Assembly: GCF_006345805.1 (NCBI RefSeq)
Contig: NC_043019.1
Span: forward strand, 9,795,360 to 9,859,359
Source of the DNA: Octopus sinensis
Taxonomy: Eukaryota
Direction: 5' to 3'
Length of the DNA stretch: 64,000 bases
Within the stretch, counting starts at the first letter, position 1. Every line of letters begins with the position of its first letter. Shown here piece by piece: positions 53,188 through 64,000 of the stretch. The position numbers were made by a program, and so were the translations under genes. Under the pieces are notes generated by a model. It searched no databases, was not told where the DNA came from, and saw nothing but the letters and a program-made list of their open reading frames with translations.

Positions 53188-53712
53188 CGGCCATCAGAAA
53201 AAATTCTATGTAAATGACCGTTAAAACAAAGGGAAAATTACTCTTTTATTGACTGTTATTAAGACAAAAGAGCTATTTGAATGACCGCTAAGTGAGGGGA
53301 GGGAGTAAAAGTAAGGGGGTAAAATTGTACATAGTATTCGCGTAAGCGCGCATGTCCATACCTACACATGCACGCCCGCACACCCATGTACATGTGCCTA
53401 TAAGTATACACTCATCCACCCTCACTTGAAACATACACATTCTCACCCATGCCATTCACCAAATATATATATATATACAATCCCACACACACGCACACCA
53501 AAAAGGTTCATACACACGTCTATATACACACAAGCACAAGAAAAAACAGGGTTAAGGGCAACAATACAGAAAGTGTAAAGAAGTATTAAAAAATATATAA
53601 GCGATAAGAGTAAAACACGTCCTTATACACACATACTCACATACACAGCTATATATGCACATACCTGCACACATGCACATACACAAAGGATTCCATATAC
53701 ATGTCTATACAT

Positions 53713-54290
53713 TAAGTCAAACCCAAAGGCCTTTCATTACATGAAAGAAACAGCCTCAGTACACTGCAAGATAGGGCCACTCTTCCAAAAGGATGGCTCC
53801 CTCACAGACAGTCCAACTAAGATCAATGAGATACTGAATGACCAGTTCAAAAGTGTCTTTACCACCCCGTTGGAACACAGACAAATGAACGAACCAGTTG
53901 ACTTCAGCCCATCTGTAAACTGAGTCCAACTCCTGCTGCAGGTATGCAACATTGCTGGGGTACTGTATTTTCTGCAAGACTTTTGCATTGTCTGCGTAGC
54001 TTGCAAGGGTTTCCATCTGAGCAGTAGAAGGCATATCTGAGAGGGCCGCTATGAAAAGCAGTGGTCCCAAGACAGTGCCCACTGGAACACTACTCACTAT
54101 TAGTGTTTTCATTGAGGTGGTTCCATTGGCCACTACTACCTGACTTCTATCTTTCAGAAATTCATGTAACCACTCTCCAAGTTTTCCAGTTATGCTGAGA
54201 TCATGTAGTTTGTGGCATATCATACTATGATTCACTTTATCAAAAGCAAAGTATATTACATCCACATTTGAGTTGTTGAGTAACTGCCTC
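53713..54290. mobile_element. CR1-group LINE remains in two orientations
   Basis: + strand KSNPKAF..IGPL..EILNDQFKSVFTT (linker, 53713-53880). - strand DVIYFAFDKVNH, VPVGTVLGPLLF and SYADNAKV (RT, 54290-53890). Confidence 0.8.
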
Positions 54291-54670
54291 AACACCCAGT
54301 GATGTCCAGTGGCTTCTAGTGGCAGAAGTCTGAACTGTGAAGGGCTTGTCCCATAAAGAATGTTTCTGGTTACTTTTGGGTACCCTCTCTTATATACACA
54401 CATGTATATACACACACACACAGACAGTGTGTGAGGGATTATTGAAGTCACTTATATATCAGCATATTACTCTTTGCAAACCAAAATCGATGAAAAGGCT
54501 CATATTTCTTTTAGATCTTTCACAGCAGATAAAATGCTAATACAAGAAATGAAAATACATGCAGTCATTCTTGCTATATATGCAAAAAATAAAATTTAAC
54601 TAGAAAGAACATGCTAATATAAAAATCATTGGGGAAAAAAAATGAAAAAAAAATACTATAAAATACTTAC

Positions 54671-54739
54671 TTGCATACCAGAGAGAGCTACTACACCCAT
54701 ATACAAGAATACACCATATAATACTGGCATAGGAATAAT
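54671..54739 (-). CDS. SLC4: SLC4 bicarbonate transporter exon (IIPMPVLYGVFLYMGVVALSGMQ)
   Basis: TTTTAAAG| acceptor, CAA|GTAAGT donor, 69 nt, phase 0/0. Contains the conserved IPMPVLYGVFLYMG motif. Confidence 0.93.
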
Positions 54740-54816
54740 CTTTAAAAGAGATAAAATTATGATTTATTTACATTTAGTGTATCTCATGCAATTCTAGACA
54801 TTACACCCATAATTTC

Positions 54817-54850
<34 letters not shown>

Positions 54851-55639
54851 CTGAGTGAGTGTGTGTGAAAGTGTATTAGTGCTTATACTTCTGTAGTGCT
54901 GTGTGTCTATTAGTGCTTGTACTTTAGTACCATGTCCCACAGTCATGCCCAGGAATTTGGACTTGTATAAAATGGTTTGTGCTTTTTTAATCCATGTAAG
55001 ATGGAGTAAACTTCTCAACCATACAGCCATGCCAACACCTGTTGTGATATGAAGGACATTTAGTTGATATTTCTCAAAGGCTTATCTCATAAAATATCTA
55101 GTTTGACCTATTTTTGATACATCAAAATAAAACACTATATTCTAATTTATTCACAGGGTAACATAAAAAGAAAATATATTGGGTTCAAATTATTGCATAT
55201 AATATATAATCCTTTCTACCATAAGCTTGAAATTTTGGTGGGTTGGAGCTAGTTGATTACATCAATCCCAGTGCACAACTAGTACTTATTTCATTGACCC
55301 TGAAAGGATGGAAGGTAAAGTTGACCTTGACAGAATTTGAAATCAAAACTCTAAGACAGATGAAATCCTGCAAAGTATTTCATCTGGCATACTAATGACT
55401 CTGCCAGCTTGCAACCTTAATAATAATAAAAATGAAAAGAAATAATAATTATCTGTGTATGTGTATGTTTTAGTTATGCACGTGTTGTGATTATATTTCT
55501 CTAAAGCAATGTAAGCACAGCTGACAGTCATTGGTCGTCATGCTGCTGCATTGATCTATAAATAAGATTTATGGTATCAACTGATGTTTTACAAAATCGT
55601 GTTGGCATATCTTTGTGAATTTTACAATAACTGGTAATT

Positions 55640-56200
55640 TTGTGTGAAGAAGTGCCATTCCCAAACTGCTGAAGGAATCCAGGGTAGAGGTAGACCCAGG
55701 AAGACATGGGATGAAGTGGTCAAGCATGACCATCATACGCTGAGCCTCACAGAGGTTATGACAAAAGACTAAGACCTCTGAAGATATGCTGTGACTTCGA
55801 AGACCCGACAAATGAAGTGAGTTCATGCCTTGCAGGACGGCCTGCTGCGCTTGAGGAGACCTATTGTGTCAAGTTCATCAACATCAAAATAAAAATCATA
55901 TGGATATTGTAGTTGTGATACCTGTGCTGGTGGCACGTATGGCCTCTCAGAGGAAATGATGAAGACTGAGACCCCTGAGATATGCTGTGACTGTGAAGAC
56001 CCGACAAATGAAGTGAGTTCATGGCTCGCAGGATGGCCGCTGTGCTAACCTTGGACCGTAGAGTGACCCGCTGTTCTTGAGGAGACCAATTGAGTCAAGT
56101 ACGTCAACATCAAAATAAAAATCAAATGGAAATTGTAGTTAAGACACCTGTGCCGGTGACACATAAAAAGCACCGTCTGAACGTGGCAGATGCCAGCACT
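55640..56200 (+). mobile_element. RTE 3' end of a second subfamily with an internal ~75-bp duplication
   Basis: GRGRPRKTWDEVVKHD remnant at 55680-55730. The block GATATGCTGTGACT..AAGACCCGACAAATGAAGTGAGTTCATG is repeated. Confidence 0.8.
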
Positions 56201-57084
56201 GCCTGACTGGCATCTCTCTCACAGAGAACCTAAATATGTGTTGGTTAGATATAAAATTTAACCCTTGATTCTTACTTATTCTTTAGTGAATGGTTCCTAT
56301 GTTAACTAACTCAAAAGGATGATAAAAGAGAAGTGGATTTACTTGGGATTTAAACTTAGAATTAAAAGAGAGGTAATCAAATATTTTGATTACATAATAT
56401 TTTGCCTGATAACTACCAATTTTGCCATCTTCTAACCACTTGCATATAGAAATAAAATTAACAAAAAGTCAAAATGGTTTTCCTTAAAAAGGTTTTAAAT
56501 ATCCAATTCTCAATTAAACTACAAACTTATGAAAAGAGATACTTAAACAGTTCTTTTAATGTTTCTGACAAACAGCCATTCATGGGAAACATTTTGTTCA
56601 CAGTACACTAACATATATCTCCCTCTTTCTTTTTTAACAAACTATTGATGCAGACCATCATGAGTTTCATAAGCTAACTAGTGAGTCTCTATATGATCAT
56701 TGAACCTGCAAGAGATGGCAGTCAGATATCCCTCAAACCAACCATGGAATATTTTTCTTCTTAAATATCTTAGGAACAAGGAGACCATTTGAATGGTGAA
56801 GAAAATATGTATTTTGGAGTTTGCCGAACACTTAAAAATAAATAAATAAATGTAAAAAATATTAAAACTTCTCATTTAACAAATTTGTATTTCAAGAGTG
56901 AATTGGTTATCTTCAAAAGTTTTTTTGAAAACTTTAATTACTGATACATTCCTCTCACAGCATAGGAATGTAAATTTGGAAATTCACTAGTCTTAAATCT
57001 GTTGATTATCCTAACTGAACAATGATAATGAAGAATATACTATGTCAAACAATGGAACTTGTAAAATAAAAACAAATAACAAAC

Positions 57085-57157
57085 CTTGAGAATTGATGTG
57101 AGCAGGACAGACAGACCACTTAAGATGCCAACACAAATTGCTGTTACTCTTTGTTCC
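57085..57157 (-). CDS. SLC4: SLC4 exon (R-EQRVTAICVGILSGLSVLLTSILK)
   Basis: AAAG| acceptor, AAG|GTTTGT donor, 73 nt. The first base completes the CG|G codon from the previous exon. Contains the conserved EQRVT motif. Confidence 0.92.
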
Positions 57158-60100
57158 CTTTTTGGATAATAATAATAATGATGATAATAATAATAATAAC
57201 AATAATAATAATAATAATAATAATAAATGTGTTCTTTATTAACCACTAAAGGTTTGCAATAAAGGTTGATGACAGCCAAGGACAATATAATGAGATTACA
57301 TAAAAGCACAAAAACAATAAAATAACAGAAACTAACAAAAAAAGACTGACTTGAGGATTTATTTCCACATTGCATGTACACTACTTGGGTCCACCAAACA
57401 GCTTTGTCCTTTCTGTTTTAAAGCACACATCTTTGCTCTGACAAATGCGCATCCCAGGTGGCATTCCAGTTGCCTACTAACACTAAAATACTAAAGAGTG
57501 GATGTTCTAAGGAAACCCTCCAGATGCCTGAAGAAATTTAGTTGCCCCACCATCACTGGGACTATTAGTTTGAAGACACCCCGCTTTACTGCTTGCTGTT
57601 CATGTGCAGGACCACGACTTTACCTTCTAGGTTAATGAAGATAGTCCATGTCATGAGATTCAGACTCTTTTCAACCAACACAGCCACTCCACCTCTAAAT
57701 CTTGATTGACTTGGAGATTTGTACCCTTTATACCCACTAAAAATGGGTATTAAAGTTTGTGGTTCAGAAATGCTTGACTCACTGTAGGCTCCTCATCACG
57801 ATGACTGTGTGGTGTGTGTCAAGGAAGTACAGGTCTTGCTTGGTTTTTGTCCCGTTCTTAGTATATTTTTTTAGTGTTTACTCTTGTCTGTAGTCTTATA
57901 ACCCTTGGTGGCAATGTATCTTCTGTTGTGTATATTGCTGTTGCATTCACTCTTGGTGTTGTTGTTGCTGAATGTGTTGCTTCCAGTGTTGTCACTGCTA
58001 CTGCTGTTGGTGTGTTCGCACTAGTGGAAGCTTTCTTTCAGCTGTTATAGCAGAAAGACTTAAGGTGATTAGTGTTTCCAGTTGTAGTATTGAGGTCTTC
58101 TACCCTCCCCTATCACCTTCAGTTGTCACCATCTTACAATACCTATTAGGTCAGGGATTTGGCTGAGTGTATCAGAAGTTTCACCTGAATCAAAATCTCC
58201 AACTCCACCCCAACGTAATTTTCCTTTTGGAATATTTATCTCAAGCAGAATGCTAAGGTCTTCCAAAACCAGATATTTCACCATCCACTAGCAGTCTGGT
58301 TCTTAGTGGTATGTCTGAGATCACTCTCCATCCTAGGTAAATCAGTGTCAGTGTAAAATTTTCAGCTCTTTGTGGGGAAATAGAGTGCTTCTGGACAAGG
58401 GCTTCCATGTGTAAAATAACTTGGATGTTTCTGATTTATGGGCATGTCCCTTAAAATAAATGTCTGACCAAATCTTTCTTAAACAGAGATTAGCTTGTTC
58501 AGAAGTATATGCTTTTTATTGATAGGTATCCATATAGAATTGTTTTCATTTCTGTTTGGTCTAAAAGGTGTTGTGATATATTGAGCATAGCTTTTTTTTC
58601 TGTTCTAGTCTGTTGATGTGCCTCTACTTCTTTTAAATATTCATGTTTTTTGCCCAGTGAGATAAAGTTGAAAACGATCTTGGCAAAGGAAATATTTCTT
58701 GTGTTATCATTGTTACTGTCATTATTACTTTTTATTGAGGAGGTGTTTGTTTCGTTTGTGTGGCTACATTTTGTTGCTATAGACGAAGTGACAGTGGTAA
58801 TACATGATTTGCCACTGCTGGTGATTCATAGAACAATTCATTGACATGTCATTGTTCTTGCTATGGCTATTATTGTTATGCTATGGCTACTGATGTTGCT
58901 GTTACTGTTTTAAAATACTACTGTGGTATTGCTTTTGTATTTAAATTCTACTGTGGTAGAAAATTAGTGTAAAAGATGGTATCACCTTCAAAACTGTCTT
59001 GCACCTTCTTCTACTGGCTGGTTAGCAAAATCACCATTTTAACAATTTTTTGTATGCTTTGAAAGATTTTTCTTTCTTTTAAAATTTTACCTCATAAGGC
59101 AAATAACAAAAATGGTTGATCAGTCCCTTATGGTTCTGATCAACTAAGAAACAAGGCAGAACAATAAAATTAACAAAAACAAGGTACAAACTCATGGCAT
59201 TTCCCAAATACATTGTTTCAGTGATCAACAACAACAATAATAATAACTGTCTCTCATTTAAGCAATTTTGAGGGGAGGGGATAAGTTTATACCATTAACC
59301 CAGGTCTAGACTAGAATTTTGTTTTATTGATCTGAAAGGATGAAAATAAAGTTGACCCTCATGAAATCGAAATAGTACTAGGCATTTTGTTTGACACAAA
59401 TGATTCAGTTAGTCCACTACACTGAATGATTTCCAACATAGGTACAAACCAGAAATTTAGTGGGAGGGAACAGTCAATTATGTCACCTCTAGTACTTGGC
59501 TGCTACTTTATCAACCAAAGAAGGACAGCTAGAAAAGCTGAACTCAGTAAAATTTGAACTTAAATGTAAAGACCTGGAGCAAATATCAAAAAGGAAAGAA
59601 AATAAAACAAGTCTGAAAGATGACTAGAGTATACAAAAGAATATACAATTTCTTTCATCTGTCAACAAATTCATTGTAAGGCAATATCTCCTTTGCCACC
59701 CTCACCTACTACTAAGTGCGTGGCATCAATCCTTTCAGTTTTTCCATCATATAACCTTTTTTTGCCAGACAGAGGAAAAGTATCTGTCCTTTCCAATAAA
59801 AGGAAGGTGCTGGGCACTTCTCACAATGAACATGGATGATAGCAGAACCCATCCTCCATGCAGCTGACTGGTAGGTCTGCAATACTCAATTACTAAATTG
59901 GTGTATACAAAAAGCATCATTATTCTGCACACATTTCAAGTATGTCCAGCTGACAGTGCCTGTAGAGTTTATCTCAAATTGACAGTACCTTACCAGTTGC
60001 AATACCCGGCCATGGATTCCTGGAAGTCACATGGTTTAAAGTTCTCTAGAATAAACTGTGAAGTTGATGATCATTAACATCTGCAGTTAACTCAGGAATA

Positions 60101-60320
60101 TTGTCACTTTATTTACCTCATACTACTTGAGTTGCATTGTAAAATAGCATAAAAATTGTTATTTTCTTGCTTTCCCTTTTTTTGTTTCATTAAAATCATG
60201 CAGACAGATACATGTACACTTAAACAGGTGTTCACATTCACACTCATACAGACATACATGTGCACGTTCTCTTTCATCTTTTGCTATATATGACACTTCT
60301 TAGAAGAAATTTTCACTGAC

Positions 60321-60499
60321 CGAACACCCAAGAAAACTGGTCTTTCCCCAGGAGCATTACACTCTGATTCTCTCTTCAAACTCATTATGTGTGCCAGAGC
60401 AGACACTGTAGCAGCAACATACCAAGGTAAACCAAACAAAGAACAGAGACCAATCAAAACTGCTACCACCAACATATCAAGATGATAACCACCACCTTT
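60321..60499 (-). CDS. SLC4: SLC4 exon ([39 protein letters not shown])
   Basis: TTTACAG| acceptor, CG|GTCAGT donor. KG.GYHLD and ESEC.APGE.P.FLG are hallmarks of SLC4 and closest to the Na+-coupled NDCBE/NBC group. Confidence 0.95.
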
Positions 60500-62175
60500 C
60501 TGTAAATAGAGAGAAGCAAAATAGTTTAAAGCACTGAATGAAAATTTATAATTCAAGAAATGTAGCAAAAAAAAGTAAAATAAACAAAATATTGGTTTAA
60601 AATTAGCAATGAATCAAGGATAGAACTGCCAAGTCAAATCTGAGTTCTGATGGTCGTGTGGAACTTTCATTCCAGAAGCGATTTGCATTGTCTTGCTCTG
60701 GAGTTCAGTTTCTTATAAGAGTAATTGAGCTCAATATTTATTTATAGTGATGTGAACCCTCAAAGCACCTCAAATTGAGATAAAATCTTTGGAAACTAAA
60801 GCCCAGAATCATTGTAACTAGTTTCTCTATCACCACTGTGACTAATCTTCTAGTAGTCAAAAGAAAATTGATACAAAATGTAAAGAATGGTGAATGCAAC
60901 AAACTCCATATCTTCTGCTAACTCTTTTTCCCCATGAGTTTCACATGAGGATTGGCTTTCTTGTTCATCAATACTATCAACCATTTACTCAGGGAGAAAT
61001 TGAAATTCTTGGACATAAGAAGCAACTAATGTTGGACTATATCATCATCGTTTAGCGTCCGTTTTCCATGCTAGCATGGGTTGGACGGGTCAACTGGGGT
61101 CTGTGAAGCTGGAAGGCTTCGTCAGGCCCAGTCAGATCTGGCAGTGTTTCTACGGCTGGATGCCCTTCCTAACGCCAACCACTCCGTGAGTGTAGTGGGT
61201 GTTTTTTACGTGCCACCTGCACAGGTGCCAGACAGAGCTGGCGAACGGCCACGAACGGATGGTGCTTTTACGTGTCACCGGCACGGGGCCAGGCAAAATT
61301 GTCCCTATTGACATAATACAGCTACAGTTATGATATGGATCATTGATTTGATGGTTGGATATTTGCCATCCTATCTATTAAGGTATATGTCTATCCAATA
61401 AATTTCTGATCAGTTCTTCACTACCAAATTTTACTCATAAGACTGATTTAAGTAAAAGTTATGATAGAAGTCATTTGTCCATTGTACCATGGACTGAGAT
61501 CAAGCCCACAAGTATTTGGCTATAGAGCACTTTTTAACTACAGCAGTATCTATTATGTGCTAGAGATGACATTTAGGAGTAAGTTTACAACAGCAACATA
61601 ACAGCTTCAATAATATTGATTCTAAACTTACAAACAAGGCCACGCATTTTGGGAGAGATGTATACTTCTCTTAAATCAAACCCAGAACTTGGTTCATACT
61701 TATTTTATCAACCCTGGAAGAATGAAGAGCTAAGTCAGTCTTGACAAGTTTATTAGGGACCTTTAAACTCAGAACCTTAACTACCATAAGAAGTGCCTAA
61801 CACTCCACCAATTTTCTGCAAATAATGATTTCTGAATTCAGTATAGTCAGATTTGCATTGGGATAATGCTGTTGCTACTGTTAACCATATCCTCAACACC
61901 ATTTAAAAAAGAAAAAGGCATGTGAGGGTGAGATGTAGGCTACCTTTTTGATTGGTGGTGGCTTTGGTGTAACCAATCCATTGCAGCGTTGCAGCTGTAC
62001 TTGAAATCATTGCTCCTGCTGTCGATAATATGTTTGTGCAAAAGATAACAGTCTGAGTCCAAATTGTCTTGGCTTCTCTTATGGGCAAAAAGCCTTCAAA
62101 TGTTTTGATACTGAATAATAATAATAACATCAAAAATACCTTAGGAATGAGAACCCAGGTTCAAAATTTCCCAAG

Positions 62176-62219
62176 ACACCTGATGAAGCCTGAAGGATAT
62201 ATCAGCCAAAACGTTGTGT
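62176..62219 (+). ncRNA. Decayed minimal hammerhead motif (G12>A) in a short repeat
   Basis: ACAC CTGATGA A GCCTG aaggatatat CAGCC AAAAC GT T^GTGT. Confidence 0.5.
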
Positions 62220-63569
62220 TAACAACAAACAAAATGAGGACAAATATCCATCAAATGTAAATAATGTAGAATCATTATTATAGGTCAAATCATTTTTCAA
62301 ACCACTCCAACTGACTGTGTAAAGGAAAACTTGTTGAAATTTTTGCTCATCTTAATCCGAAGAATAAATATCCATAATTTCCTCATTTGTAAAGAATTTA
62401 GGCCTTGCTTGTTTACCAGACAAAGTGCGAGGTTCATCACAAAAGGAACTAATTTCTTTTTCTCAAAATCAAAAGTAAACATCAGTTATGGAGGATGCCA
62501 TTAATAATGAGTCATAAATACTCTACACTGCAAAGCTGCAATGTGACTGATTGTCTATTTTTAGTATTTTATCTTCTTTTTCTACGTGTGTTGTTCATTA
62601 CTGCTTTAATGGGAATCTGGTTGAGATTACATTTTGGCAATTCCTACTATAGCAGGAACACAGTTCGACAAGGCTAATCCATCTCATCACTTTCCTGCAA
62701 AGTCAACTGTCAGAGTCCATCTCCTTTTCTCCCAAAATTAAACCTGGTAGAGCCAATCTCCCTTTTTCTGTTAAGTCAACCTGACAGAGTCCATCCTCCT
62801 CCATAAGAATCAGTAGAGTTCCACCCACCCTATGACCAATGAAACAACCTCTGCATGGAAATTCAAACTACCAGAAATAGCAGCCAGTTTTCCTAATCAT
62901 AGCTTCCCACCTGAGAATATGTTAGTTAATGTGTTTCTAGACTCACTTGCCAAGGGAAAAAAATGGGCTGATTAGGTCACCTATGACCAAAAGCACGGGT
63001 GCTTTTGGTCATAGGTTTGCTCAATCAGGGTGAATATGGGACAAAGCAAAAATGACTCATCCAAACATTTCATTTTTTTTTCCATACTTGCACAGGCTGG
63101 AGAGGTCCTCTTCAGCAGGGCTTATCACCATGTTTTGCAGCTCTTGTTTTCATATGGGTCATTATAACTTCTTCCCATATTTTCACCGAACTCCTTTTGC
63201 TTGGAACTCTTAGCAGTTCACCCATCTTTCATGGCTAATAAACCTAATCTGTCCCGATGTATAAAATCACAACCTTTCATTTTGGATGCCTTTTGTAGAG
63301 CCCACTTTGGTAAAAGCTTTTGAGCTTGGTCTCCAATCTAAGGATAATTTTTACCTTTTAACCCAGTAATATTAGGGGTCTTGGAAATGGCAGTGGATGC
63401 CCCCTTTCTCTTCAGACTAAGTTATCAGAAAAGACACCTCTACAAAAAGAAAAAGTAAAAAATAAAAAACACTTAACATTCTTCATATACAGCTCCATGC
63501 CAATGTATTCTCATTATATGCTCACAACACCAGATCTCAAAACAAAAATAAGATAATATAAAATCTTAC

Positions 63570-63851
63570 CACAAGCTTATTTTCTTTACGGTTAACAATC
63601 ACACTTGTTATTTGCTGATCTAAAAATACCAGAATTGAAGCCAACATTGCTGGTAAGCAGGCTGCAATATATAACCACCATGGATTCTTGCTACTAATTG
63701 GGTTGATGACCCAGTCACGCTTTGATGGGTCAGTTGGTTGGAACTTTGTAGGAACTGTTAATTTTGGTGTGTCCAGACCAACTGCGGCATCTATGCCAGA
63801 CATCACTATAATTGCGATGAACACAGCAAAGTCACTGGTAATTTGTCGTAC
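63570..63851 (-). CDS. SLC4: SLC4 exon (VRQITSDFAVFIAI..LDTPKLTVPTKFQPT..VFLDQQITSVIVNRKENKLV)
   Basis: TTTTTAG| acceptor, GTG|GTAAGA donor, 282 nt, phase 0/0. Contains the SDF, PKL.VP and DQQIT..IVNRKENKL motifs. Upstream exons lie beyond the window. Confidence 0.95.
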
Positions 63852-64000
63852 CTAAAAATAGTATATATAATAATAATCATCCTTTTACTATATTAACAAA
63901 GCCTGAAATTTTAGTCAATTACATTGAGCCACTGGCATTTATTTTATCAACCTTCAAAGGACGAACGGCAAAGTCAACTATGGCATAATTTTAACACAGA

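Overview
AT-rich, microsatellite-dense eukaryotic genomic DNA. The SINE and LINE repertoire and the (AT)n/(AAT)n/(GATA)n load look like an octopus (coleoid cephalopod) genome; this is inference. Host genes are few. One + strand exon (13790-13995) encodes the start of the second RRM of a couch potato/MEC-8-type RNA-binding protein. Four - strand exons (63851-63570, 60499-60321, 57157-57085, 54739-54671) splice in frame into the C-terminal membrane domain of an SLC4 bicarbonate transporter. The rest is intronic or intergenic and packed with transposon remains: a 5'-truncated RTE LINE with an almost intact RT ORF that carries an in-frame PHD-type finger, CR1-type LINE fragments, Tc1 and mariner fossils, non-autonomous Helitrons, two SINE families and Penelope-like (PLE) fossils. 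The most interesting signal is a set of minimal type I hammerhead-ribozyme motifs from at least five unrelated sequence families, mostly embedded in inverted or tandem PLE pLTR-like structures. One appears to carry a compensatory G3-C8 swap of the catalytic core. Most ORFs in the supplied track are microsatellite artefacts. A 100-N assembly gap lies at 44099-44198. Repeat boundaries were read by eye and are approximate.
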